Shown here: piece by piece, positions 26,492 to 37,800 of the stretch
Position numbering within the stretch: the stretch's first letter is position 1
Layout of the letters: each line of letters begins with the position of its first letter
NCBI RefSeq assembly: GCF_963853765.1
Contig: NC_088859.1
Span: 25,792,001-25,856,000, forward strand
Source of the DNA: Magallana gigas
Taxonomy: Eukaryota
DNA: 64,000 bases
Direction: 5' to 3'
Program-made: the position numbers and the translations under genes
The notes under the pieces: model-generated
Database searches by the model: none
Told to the model about the DNA's origin: nothing
Seen by the model: the letters and a program-made list of their open reading frames with translations, nothing else

Positions 26492-29400
26492 TTACACATT
26501 AATATCACAAAGAGGATTGAGGCTCTTCCTTCTCTCTTCAAACAGGAGGGATCTTCGCTTGGCTTTCTTTCCAGCAAAAGATTTCTGAAAAATAATTTCA
26601 AATATAATGGTTGAGTTTGTTTGCTCCCAGTTCACTTAATAGGGAAACTCACAGCTACGGGTATTTTCTCTAAAAGAATCTAAAATTTCCTTTTAAAAAA
26701 ATGCTAAAACAAATTATTAAACACCATTATCCTTGCCCTCACCTCTTCAAATGAAATAAATTAGTACTGTGGATTCATTAATATTCAAGGGTATCAATTT
26801 TCGTGGAAAAAGTGAAAATCACAGTTTCAAGGATACGTAAATTCGTGGCCAATGACCCTATCAATACAAAATGATAGTAGAAATTGCACTTCAATGAACA
26901 TTTCATTTCATGAATAAACTTAACAACGAAATCCATGAAAATTGGTATTCAGCGAATATTGATGAAACCATAGTATGAGTTGATGTATTAATAAAGTTCT
27001 TACTGGCACATGAGGGCTGTTCTCATCAGCAGAACTAAAATCGTGATTTTCGTTTTCCTTGTCAACTTCTGGACTGTGGAAATTCTGGTTGGCAAACTTC
27101 TTCTGGAGGGCCAGGGCAATCATTGAGGCGGGGTCAGCGGTGGGGTGGGACTGGACTTTGGACTTTAGTGGTGTACCCCCTGGTGACCTTCATTGATTTG
27201 AAACAAAAGTTTAATGAAAATCCAAACATCTGAACGAAACCCCCTGAGTGCATGATCTGACAGTGTAAATATATTAGACCAAGGGCCTTTTTTAAATATT
27301 GATTGCATACACAAACAAGTAACTCATTTGTTTTATTTCATATATAGGCTGTCCAAAATTAATTCTATGTTTAAAGTCACCCGGTCCATAGGTTTAGGAG
27401 TAATTGTTGTTTAAAAAGAAAGAAAAATTTTGAATTTTATTTCTTTCCAGTTTGATTTTACTTTTTGCAACTTAAATCTGTAGAAATTCAAAATGTTTAG
27501 GGCACATTATGGATTACACATTGGATGCCTAGAGATATTGTCCCTAAAACTGACAGGAATACTGTATTTGTATTAAAAAAATATTTATAAATGAACAAAA
27601 ATCACATTTGAAAATTTTAATTTTATTGCCCTTCCTCTTAGATTTGGTATTTTTAAGGTGATGTTAAACGTAACTTTAGACAGCCTTCCATTTGCAATTT
27701 AAGTCTTTAGTTTTTAATTGTACCTCTGGATAGATCTGAGTTTCACTGATCCCAGTCCTTTCAACACTTCAGACATGGTGGGAACCTTTGTTGTTGAGGC
27801 AGTTGGCACAACATCAGGAGTGTTTCTGTTTTCTACCCTGTCTTCTTCTATGTTCTCCAACTTCTACAATACACAGCATAAAAGACTAAAACATTTAGCA
27901 TAAAGACTACGACATACAGCACAAAGACTACAACACACAATATAAAGCACAAAGGCTACAACACACAATATAAAGCACAAAGACTACAATACACGGCACA
28001 AAGACTACAGCATACAGCACAAAGACTACAACACACAGCACAAAGACTATAATACACAGCACAAAAACTACAATACACAGCACCAAGACTACAGCATACA
28101 ACACAAAAACTACAATACACAGCACAAAGACTACAATACACAGCACAAAAACTACAACACACAGCACAAAGACTATGCCATACAGCACAATGGCAACAAA
28201 AACAAATCAAAGACTATACCAAACAAATCAAAGACTACAACAAACAAATATATATGCATGTATACCATGGTAAATTCCATTCATTGCACAATACACTGAA
28301 CAAAAGGAATAATTACTTACTGTATTCAATTACATACAAAATAATTTTTTCTATAAACAGTGACATCATTACCTTTCTTAACACTTCATCTAAGCTGGGT
28401 TCCTTCTTGACCGGTGTTGACGTGTTCAGCGGGGGAAGTGGGGGTGGTGGGGGAGGAGGGGGTGGGGCACAGGGCACTCCAGAAGTCTGGGGAGGTGTCT
28501 GTGCCACTGAGTTGGTATTCGATGGAGGCATCACTATATAAAACAAGAGAAAAATAAAGTGTTAACTTGGTCAATCCAATGCAGATATCTATAATCAAAT
28601 CAACTTTTGAAATCTATATGTTTTACTGACAGATCAATGAGATCAACTTTAAAGAAAATAAAATCCGAACCCCCTTCCCTATGAATAAATTTGTGCTGAT
28701 ACAAAGAACAATTCCCAATGCCAAAAAAGTTGATTTTTCCAAAATTTCCCAATTCAACTATAAATATTAATATTAACAATATATTGATATTAAAACAAAA
28801 CCACAGGCCATACAATTTGTTTACGATGAAACATTGTACAGTTAGACTAACTTGTTCACTTCCTCTTAGAATCAAAAAGAAACAAAACAATTACAATGTA
28901 TGTTGTCAAACACATGCTGTAAACAATCCAAACAAATCAACATCACACGTGATCATGACTGAGTTTAGGCGTGACACCTACACTGAGACCGGTTGATCTG
29001 CTCCTGGTTGATGACCAACATGGCGATCTGTTGTCGGAGACTGGACAGCTCGTCCTGTAGGGCGTTCAGTTTACTGGCAGCTTGGGGGTCAGAGGTCATG
29101 GAGACAGAGGAGATCATGGTGGAGTTCATCAGGGGCATGTCGTCCGGTCGAACAGTGAACAAGTCCTCCCCTGGTTCCCCCTCACCCTCCTCTTCTCCGT
29201 ACACACTCTCCAGTTCTGTGTCGCTCTCACCATCCTCTCTCTTAGCCCTGTTTAAAAATTGAGCAATGAAATCATGTATGTCAAAATGGAACAATTTCTA
29301 CATTTTCTATGAAGGAACATGAGAGCTTCAGTAGAGACCTGAATCGAATGAGGTTGTTGCCTAGGTCTTCCTCCACCCATAGTGGATCCCCCTCTGAGGT

Positions 29401-30423
29401 AGCGTTGGTACACAGAGAAAGGAAGGAGGAGTCACTGCCCCAGCTATCCTGTCTCTGCCGTCGGGGTCGAATCAAGTGTTGCTACAAGGACAGAGACAGC
29501 AATTCAAATCAAATTGGAGTTTAAAATATTGAAATTTGAACTTTGAACTTTCCAAAACTTAATGGCATCCAGTGTTGATAAAGAAATTTGCATGTTCATG
29601 TGCTGGATCCAAAATTAACAAATACATGTAGATTAATGGGCCAAAAATATCTCCTTTTTTCAGTGTACAAGACTAGAGGAAATGACACGTTAAAACATTT
29701 GAATTGGTAATACAGTATTTCTCTGCCTACAAGCAAGTTCAAACAATTTACAGTTACATATTTACAAAGACCCTTTAGTTTTCATTGTTGCAGGATCTTT
29801 GTCATAAAAAATTACCATTGGGTAAAATTTCTCTTAGTTGTACAAGAAGAATGTGTATTTACCTGGATTTTTAGTCTTTTTGGCGGCTTTGTTGGAATAG
29901 CTGTGGCAAGAATCCTGACCAAACTTCTGTGTCGGATGTCAGACCGCCACCTGACCCAGTTATGGATCATGCGTCGCCTTCTTTGGGTCACACTTACGTC
30001 CCATCTGTTACGAAGGGAGGCCCTCATATCTCTCTGTGCATCGCATCCTCGTACATATAGTAAATGTACATAGTCAGCCTGTTAAGACAAATAAGTTAAT
30101 ATTTCATTGAATCAAAAAGAAAATCTCATAATAATCTCAGAAGATATAATTATCTACATTATTTCAGTTATGAGAAACTACCAATTAGATATTGAATTAT
30201 TTTACTGTAAATATGTTACAGGTAATTGAAGTCAAGATCTCTATAACAAAAAATGTTCAAAAAACATTTTTTAAGTAGATTGATCCTAAATTTGATCTTT
30301 GATGTGAGAATCTGAAAATCGGCAGTGCAGCTTATTTTTTTAACTAACCAAATCATCTGCATCAACTCCTACATAATCCAGTATAACTCTCAGAATAGTA
30401 ACAGCATCATCTATAACATCCAT
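26492..30423 (-). CDS. MTFR1: Mitochondrial fission regulator (MTFR1/MTFR2/MTFR1L, FAM54 family), 8 coding exons, 425 aa
   Basis: Exons 30423-30349, 30078-29863, 29481-29339, 29247-28982, 28533-28373, 27863-27724, 27187-27004 and 26584-26492 total 1278 nt. All introns are GT-AG and phases match. Family motifs in order: MDVIDDAVTILRVILDYVGV, HRSLVRILATAIP, ASKLNALQDELSSLRQQIAMLV, poly-Pro, PTMSEVLKGLGSVKLRS, RSPGGTP, ADPASMIALALQKKF. The vertebrate paralog cannot be assigned, so the symbol denotes the family. Confidence 0.92.
26767..26973. mobile_element. TA-flanked MITE of the same terminal family, in the last MTFR intron
   Basis: TA|CTGTGGATTCATTAATATTC ... GAATATTGATGAAACCATAG|TA, with imperfect TIRs. 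Confidence 0.8.
27864..28250. repeat. About 21-bp minisatellite (consensus GCACAAAGACTACAATACACA), roughly 15-18 degenerate units, in MTFR intron 5
   Basis: Directly visible tandem units, two of them lengthened to about 28 bp. The last unit abuts the exon at 27863. Confidence 0.95.
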
Positions 30424-30873
30424 CTCAGGGTGCGTATGTCTGAAAATATAATTTTACCAAATGTTCTAATTATCTATCAATTCAATGACATACTGCTCAA
30501 GTTTACATATGTAATATTATTGCAAATTGGTAATCATAAAACTACTTATAGACATTGATGATGTTAATTTAAGAGAATGTCAATAATCTGATAATTTACA
30601 ACGATAAATGCAATTAATTTGAGAGTAAATGCAAAGTTACTCAAACAAGATTTGTAAAAAAAATATTTAAAATATGACAGGTTTACAACGCTCAATTATA
30701 ATTAATTTAGTCTATAAAGAAATCAAGAGTGCATAAACGTATATGAGATCAATTACTCAACATGGTCAAATTCAGGGCCAGATTAGACATATCCGACACC
30801 CCCCCCCCCCCATTAAACCAGCAAGATAAAGTATTGAAACTGTATCCTGCGACAAATCATGTACACTGATGAC

Positions 30874-31106
30874 ACTTACGTACTTCTAGAATAGATTTTT
30901 TGCTAACTACATTGAGTAAAGGGAGAAACATTACCAACAACCAGTTGAAGCTTCGGTTAGTTTGTAAACACCATGCCGCTTTCAGTTTAAAACTGGCTTC
31001 CGGCGACTGAATTCACCAATGAAATAACAGTATTTTCCTCATTAACCAATGAAAACGTTTGTCTGATTTGTGTACAACTCAAAAAGGTTTATTTCATGTG
31101 GTGAGT
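30874..31106. promoter_or_regulatory. Bidirectional promoter shared by MTFR and ARMC1
   Basis: A minus-strand donor GTAAGT (30879-30874) and a plus-strand donor GTGAGT (31101-31106) face away from each other and fit 5'UTR exons of each gene. An ETS/GABP-type CCGGAAG site is on the minus strand at 30997-31003. The ATGs are 1083 bp apart. Confidence 0.6.
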
Positions 31107-31506
31107 AAATATGCAATTTACTGCAGATTTTTGATTTGATCACATGCACAGAAATAATTTTTACCTCAATATAATATCTGTATAGCTGCTTCACATTTTC
31201 TGAATTTAAAATTGTCGCATAAAACGACGAATTGATCTCACTGAATGGGAAGGGGGGGGGGGGGTGCATGGTGGTGGATTTGAACATTTTGTTTATTTTA
31301 TATCTATTCGAATGTTTACTGTAAAAAGGCAATGAATTTTTTATAATTTGATAATATCATTGTAATGTCTGTGTTTAATTGTTAAAGTTTATTAAACGAT
31401 TGTCAAATGTACTGCAATTACTTTTATGTCTATTGATCAACTACTGGATTCAATTAACATCCATGCACATTTTAGATTGGCAGTGTCTGTGACAAGGTAT
31501 AACAGA

Positions 31507-34183
31507 ATGGCATCTGCGGACACAGTTCTAGTTATGAAAGGGATGGCTGCTGATCCATTGAAAAGGAAGCTTCTTTTAAAGGTGCATTTTTATATCATAA
31601 ATGTGCACGTGTCTTTCAAACACGGGCACTCCCCAGCTAATAAATTTTAAAACTAAATGACGAATGATATCTATAATTTATATATATATCTACCTTCTGT
31701 ACTATAGCATAGAGAGTAGACATGTAGATTACAGATATCGTTTGTCATTTACAAAATTAGGTGGGGCCCGAGCACCTATGCTTTCAAAGTGTTCATCATT
31801 ATAGACACTATATAGCTGATTATAAGGGCCTTTCTGACTCTGCAAATTATTCTCTCTGCAGTCAGTCTGCCTGTTCTTTCAACTCTTTTAAAAGTCTTTA
31901 CCATATCTTCCTCATCTTTGGCTAAGTTTCACGAAAACGGATTGAACTAAAGCTCACTCTAAAAATACATCTTGTAAATAATTTGATTTTATTATTTGCA
32001 GGATGCCACTTGCATGGGAGGGCTCATTATGGTGTTGTCCAATCCAGATCCAAAGATAATCATCTCAGCTTTAGAGGTATATTGATTATCCACTGCGTAG
32101 TAATCCAGGCTTATATTAAATAATAACTACCCTGGAAACCTTAAATTTTGCTAAATGAAAACACATTTTAGTATAAACCAGAAATTAAAATGATTTTACT
32201 GCACAAATGTTGTATCATTTTATATCTTCATGTACACAATTTGCATCAAAATTAATAAATGAACCATTGGATTCAAATGAATTTTTAATGGGTTTTTTTT
32301 TAGACTTTGATTTTGATGGCCGACACAAATGATCACAGAAGAGTTCTGAGAGATTTCATTGGAATGATGGAACAGCTAGAGACAATTATCAACAGGTGAC
32401 TAGAGATTTATAAACGTACAAGATGTACCGGTACTAAGATTATCAATAAATTAATAAAAACATAAATAATTTTAGTGAAAATATCTTAAAACTAAGAAAA
32501 TTTGCAAAAAGAAAGACATTTAGAATTGTTTTTCTGTGGAGAAATAATGCAGTTTTTATTTGTTTTACCATCATGAATATTATTTAATCATTGCAGTCAA
32601 AAAAAGTGTGATGCAAGGGTTCACAATCTTGCGGAGAAGCTATATGTGATGATAACAGAAACCAGCGAACCTCAGACGCCACTCAAAGATACCAGCAACT
32701 CCGTGCCCAATTCCAGGTATGCTGTCTCCTCTTCCTTGCAATGTTTTGTGCCATACATGTAGACCTAACTGGTAGACCATCATTTATAAAATTTTGTTGG
32801 GGGATGGAAAAGGGGGGAAACTCTAAGAGTTGTTTGTTTCATAATTCAAATGTCCTAGCATTGAAAATTAACATATCCATGTAAACAAGTAAAGTTACAT
32901 CTCCAACATCTATAAAGACATACTTTGTACAGACCTACTATGGGTAGTTAAAAAAAATACAAATATAGTTAAATACAAATCAAGTCGTTGTTTACTTTTG
33001 TCCTTATTATTTAAAAGGATTTTTTTTTTGGTCAATCCACAGAAAAAACAGTGCTTGCAAAAACAAAAGCCTCCAAGGTCACAGGACAAGACACATTACA
33101 CTACAGATCAGGGGTCTTCTGGACAAGGTATATAGCCTTATAAAACAGCAAAGTCTGTCAGGATATATATGCAACGCAAGTCATGTTAATATTGTAAATG
33201 GATCATTTACTGTGGGTGTTTTCTTTTATTGGCAGACAGATCGGGACGTTTTGATGCGACTTGTCTTACAAGTTAAAGGAGTAATAAGTGTGACCTTTGA
33301 CATGAACAAGAAACGATGCTTTCTGCGAGTCAAACCAGATATTAAACCAGAGGTATTTTGAAATTTTTTGTCCTGTATTTTCTGTATCTTGACAGATGGA
33401 ATTGCAGTTTAGCAATGTCTACTATCCAGCATAATTAACATTTACAATGTTCACATAATTGTGAATGTTTTCACTCAATTCTACCTTATACATGTATTAT
33501 ATATTATACACTATAGGTATAATACATATATGTTTTATTCTTTTACAGACTGTAGTGCAGGCTGTAGCCAAGTCCATGACAATGACAGCTCAACAGGTTG
33601 TCAAAGACGAATATGGAGCAGAAGTAAGTTTTTTTATCATCTTTCCTTGCTCTTCCTGTATTTACTTAAACATGTACATACTGTACATACATTAATAATT
33701 TTAATTACTCTTTAAACTTTCTACATTGATATTCAGAAAGTATATATACTTAATACCATGACTTCTTTAATCAGCGGTCATACTTTCACTATAGTACCCG
33801 GTAATCATCGATTGAAAATCGGCTTATCCCCCAGTTCGACTAGTCTAAGGATTTTCCCTGAATTTTGTCTGAAAATGAGCAATTCTGCCTTTGCCCCGCA
33901 TCGGCATATGCCCCAAAAAATACTGTAGCACACAGTCCTAAAACCAAGAGCCATATTCATTACAAGTCATTTTTCTTTCTCTTTTGTGAAGGTATTAGTG
34001 TCATTTGGTGCCAATCCCCAGGATATGGACAAAGAGAACACAACTCTTCCCGACTACCTCCCAGAAGATCCAGACAGTCCAAAAGCAAACAGCCACTCTG
34101 TCGCCCGGATCAAGAAGGATGATAACAAATCTGGCTGGCTTAGCTCTGCAGCAACCTTTATCACCAACTCATTCTACTGGTAG
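31507..34183 (+). CDS. ARMC1: Armadillo repeat-containing protein 1 (ARM repeat plus HMA-like domain), 8 coding exons, 276 aa
   Basis: Exons 31507-31581, 32002-32076, 32304-32395, 32597-32716, 33043-33127, 33236-33352, 33549-33623 and 33992-34183 total 831 nt, GT-AG and in phase. Peptides MAADPLKR, GGLIMVLSNPDP, LQVKGVISVTFDM, MTAQQVVKDEYGAE, TLPDYLPED and C-terminal GWLSSAATFITNSFYW match remembered human ARMC1 (LAADPLNR, KIKGVISFTFQM, MKAQQVVKSE, ELPDYLPED, SWLSTAANFLSRSFYW). Confidence 0.96.
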
Positions 34184-34883
34184 TCTGTCCATATATATTG
34201 TTTTGTGCCAACTTTCGAAGAAAATTTTTAACCATTATTTTGTATGAACTGAGCGATGACAGATGTATTTTATGTGTTATGATGTATTGATTGAACTGTA
34301 TAAAAGAGTCGTGAATGAAACAAGTCAAGAAATGTTCATTGTTGATAAAAAAAATTTATTGGTTTATACTATAAATTAAAATTTTAAAACAATCATTTGT
34401 CTATTGTATTTGTTTAATGTTTAAAAAAAAGATAAGGAGTAAGCCCCCAACAACACCATGTACTGTATACTGGTATGCACAAATTTATCATCCATATTTG
34501 GTATTTAGGAGCGAAACATAATGAATCTATACAACTTCACAGTACATGAATTTTTAGTTTCACAAATCTTCACTCATTTTCAAAGTTTAGAAGGATCAGG
34601 GTACAAATTGCAAAACTAAAAAAAAATTGGAGTGATAAAAAAGCTATTTCATTGGTTATTTCATCAAAAGCAAGTCTTAAAACATCACAATATATAAAAG
34701 ACTACATTATTTTATAAAATAATTGTAAAAAGATGATCTCAAGCTTGTTTTGAGTACAAAATTGTTAACATCAGTCATTGCTGAGCTTGATGGCTACATA
34801 TACACATGTATCCTGTAAAATTTATTCTTTTACTTAAAAAATTGTTCCTGAACTAGTTCTTGCATTTGAGTATTCAAAAGTCA

Positions 34884-37800
34884 TCAGCTTGCTGCGACCA
34901 TTTCTGCTAAGGCATCTGTTCCAAACAATCCCTCAAAATGTTTAACATACATCTCACAGTGTTCTCCTGTAATATAAGTCAAGTTGTTTATCTAAAACAT
35001 GTACATACCAGGTATATAAAACAGTAAAAAATATGCACAATACATGAATATGAATTATAAAGTTCAAAGAAAAAATAGGGGCAAATCATTATCCATGTAG
35101 AGTCTGTAAAGAGTAAAATCTTGGTCTTGAAGCAAGCAATAGCAGTTTCCCCTCCCTTTAAACAGGATCATTGTTAAATAATACTCCTAATAGTGAACTA
35201 CTTTTTTAGATTTTGTATTTGGATATTTAAAAAAATTATTATAGATTTTATAACATTATTTTTCTGTTTAAAAAAACCCCCAAAAACATCAAGATACCCG
35301 GTAAATCTTTTCTTAAAACTTGCTGCCCCCCCACAAAAAATATATATTGATAAAAAATTATGAACTCAACCGTCAAATTATTTAAATTAGCAGTACTGAT
35401 GTTAAGAATTTTATATAAGTAAATGTACCTCGCTGAAATCTAGGATTTCCTCTAATTTTGACATTTCTTTGTTCAAAGAACTTAAAGACAGTATAAAATA
35501 ACATGGCATCATCTGTGTTCATGGCGGCCTCCAAGAACTTCCGCGAGGAAACGGCATCCACAATATTGACACTGCGTATGAATCTACAAAATATGGTACA
35601 CTCATTAACACTCAACACATGTAAGTAGTAGTTTTCAGCTAGTCTCCCATACATGCATATGCTTACAATGTAAATTAGTTTCTTAATTAGAATCAATAAT
35701 TTTGCAATCCTGTCATTTGTATCTAATAATTAAAACATGAAAATTGCAAATGCTGAACTTCTGAAATGATTCCTTACATGTATATCATTCAATATAAAAA
35801 AAATGAGAGATTTTAGAATCTACGTGGAAAGTTTCTCATGATTTTACACAGGTGATTTTGAGTAATTCCCCATGTGTAATAAGGAGTTTACATTACTGTC
35901 AACATTTTGGATTTCCAAATTAAACATTTTTCTATGAATGATATAATGACATTTGATCAACAAGGTTTCTTGAATTTGGTGTTGAATTATTATTTTTTTT
36001 GCTCCATAAACTGAAATATAAGGATGTATGGTGTGCATGCCAATTAAAGCTTTTCTCATCAGCATAAACACTGTTGCAGTGGTCAAATGTACCTCAGGGC
36101 TGGCAAAAGTTGTTGTTTTGACAAAAGGACTTCAATGATTTCTTCATTGGCTGTGGACAATCTCTGTTCGAATGAAAACCATCTAAATTTTACAAACATT
36201 GCAAAAACAGAAAAGCTGGAATATCTAGATTGTAAATTATGAATTTTTTAAACCAGAATCATTCTAGTGAATTTTTTGGTAAATAAAAACAGCATACTGT
36301 ATGTACTACATATTTGATGACTGAAAAATTTAGAAAATATGAAGATTTCATTTACATATTCATTATTACTTCAATGATAAGCTAGAAAATAAAGTTAGGC
36401 TGACTAAAAAATACATGTAGTTCCAAGATTAGTACAAGATGTTTATTGAACACTATGCTGTGGAGTGTGACCTTGGAAATATTGGGACAGATTTTGACCT
36501 TGACTTTATTGACCTTTTGTCATATTCATTTGACATTGACCTCATGGTTATACTTTACCTTTAGCATGTCCAGAGCTAGTTGATGAGCAGGGGGGTACAC
36601 ACTCTCAAGTGACAACATTAGGCAAGCCTGTGCAGGGAAAAAACAAATAATGTGTCAATATTACACGGTTTTCAAACTTGTAAAGGTGTGAACATTACAC
36701 ATGTATCCTGCATTAACTAAAGCTTACACCATAAACATTCTTACAAAAATATGAGTTGTATATTTCCTTAATCTAGAAGCGCCTTATTACAAAAACATTG
36801 TTTTTCATACCTTTGAGTCAATGATTGTTTTGTAAAATGTTACAGAGAAAAATTTCCTCTTTCTACATGTGTCATCATCAAATTTTGTCCTCATTAAATA
36901 AAAATAAATTTCCTTTCAAATAAGGTAAACTATATAGATATTCATTCTTACCAGAGGTTTAGAGTCCTGTAGGACATGATACTGAAGAAACTGGTGAAGC
37001 TGGTAGAAGCAGTTATTATGGACTAGGATGTTGATGATCAATTCATACAAGTAATGCTGAAATACAAAGGTATCTAACACTATATGGCTATTTCGGGTTT
37101 ACAGCACTGGAACTCAACAGGATGATACCGGGTAAATTTTTTTCTTAGAATTTAGGATGACAACGAAACTGTGTAGGCCTGTGTCCCAAATAATTTGGTA
37201 TCTGTAAACATACACATAATGAATAAAACAATTATTAAAACTATTCTAAGGCAATATCTTACTTGGACAGTGATGTTGTTTTCACTCAGGGATCTGATGT
37301 ACTCAATAAGTACAGCCACCATAAATTTATACTTTATACTCTGGAAAAAAAAAATCAAAATTTCCACCAAAATAAAATTGAATCTGTGATGGTAAAAGTA
37401 AGGTACAGTGTAGCTAGAATTACTACATTACAAACATTAGGGCCGGGTTTCACAGTTTGGAAAGATAACGCAAACCATCATTGTAAACCCACAGTCGGTC
37501 TTACTAACCCTTATTGACTGTGGGCCAACCTGGACATTGAACTTTTTTTGTTTCCAAAAATATTAATTATTTTTCATTCACTAATAAGAAAGCAAAACTA
37601 TTCAGTTTTTAAAGCTAGGAAAACAACATTAATGTTTTAAAAACATGCTGCTGTTGTTAGCCTTGTGGTTAAGCAAAAACACAGGATGTGTGAGATTTCT
37701 TCAAGGAAAGTGTGAAGGAGCCTATCAGAACAGAGCATGAATTACATGTACTAATATTCACCGGAATGAGAAAAAGTTGGCCAAAGGTCAGCAAGCATAT

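Noticed and set aside
27928-28210. Cys-rich and Val-rich ORFs resembling metallothionein or a membrane peptide
   Set aside because: They are translations of the 21-bp intronic minisatellite. The frame that splices to MTFR contains stops.
27864-28250. CRISPR-like array
   Set aside because: The units are contiguous with no unique spacers, and the context is eukaryotic.
28254-29524. Plus-strand ORFs overlapping MTFR exons (similarly 51518-51703 and 55092-55662 over the receptor)
   Set aside because: Antisense shadows of real exons, with no independent motif or splice support.
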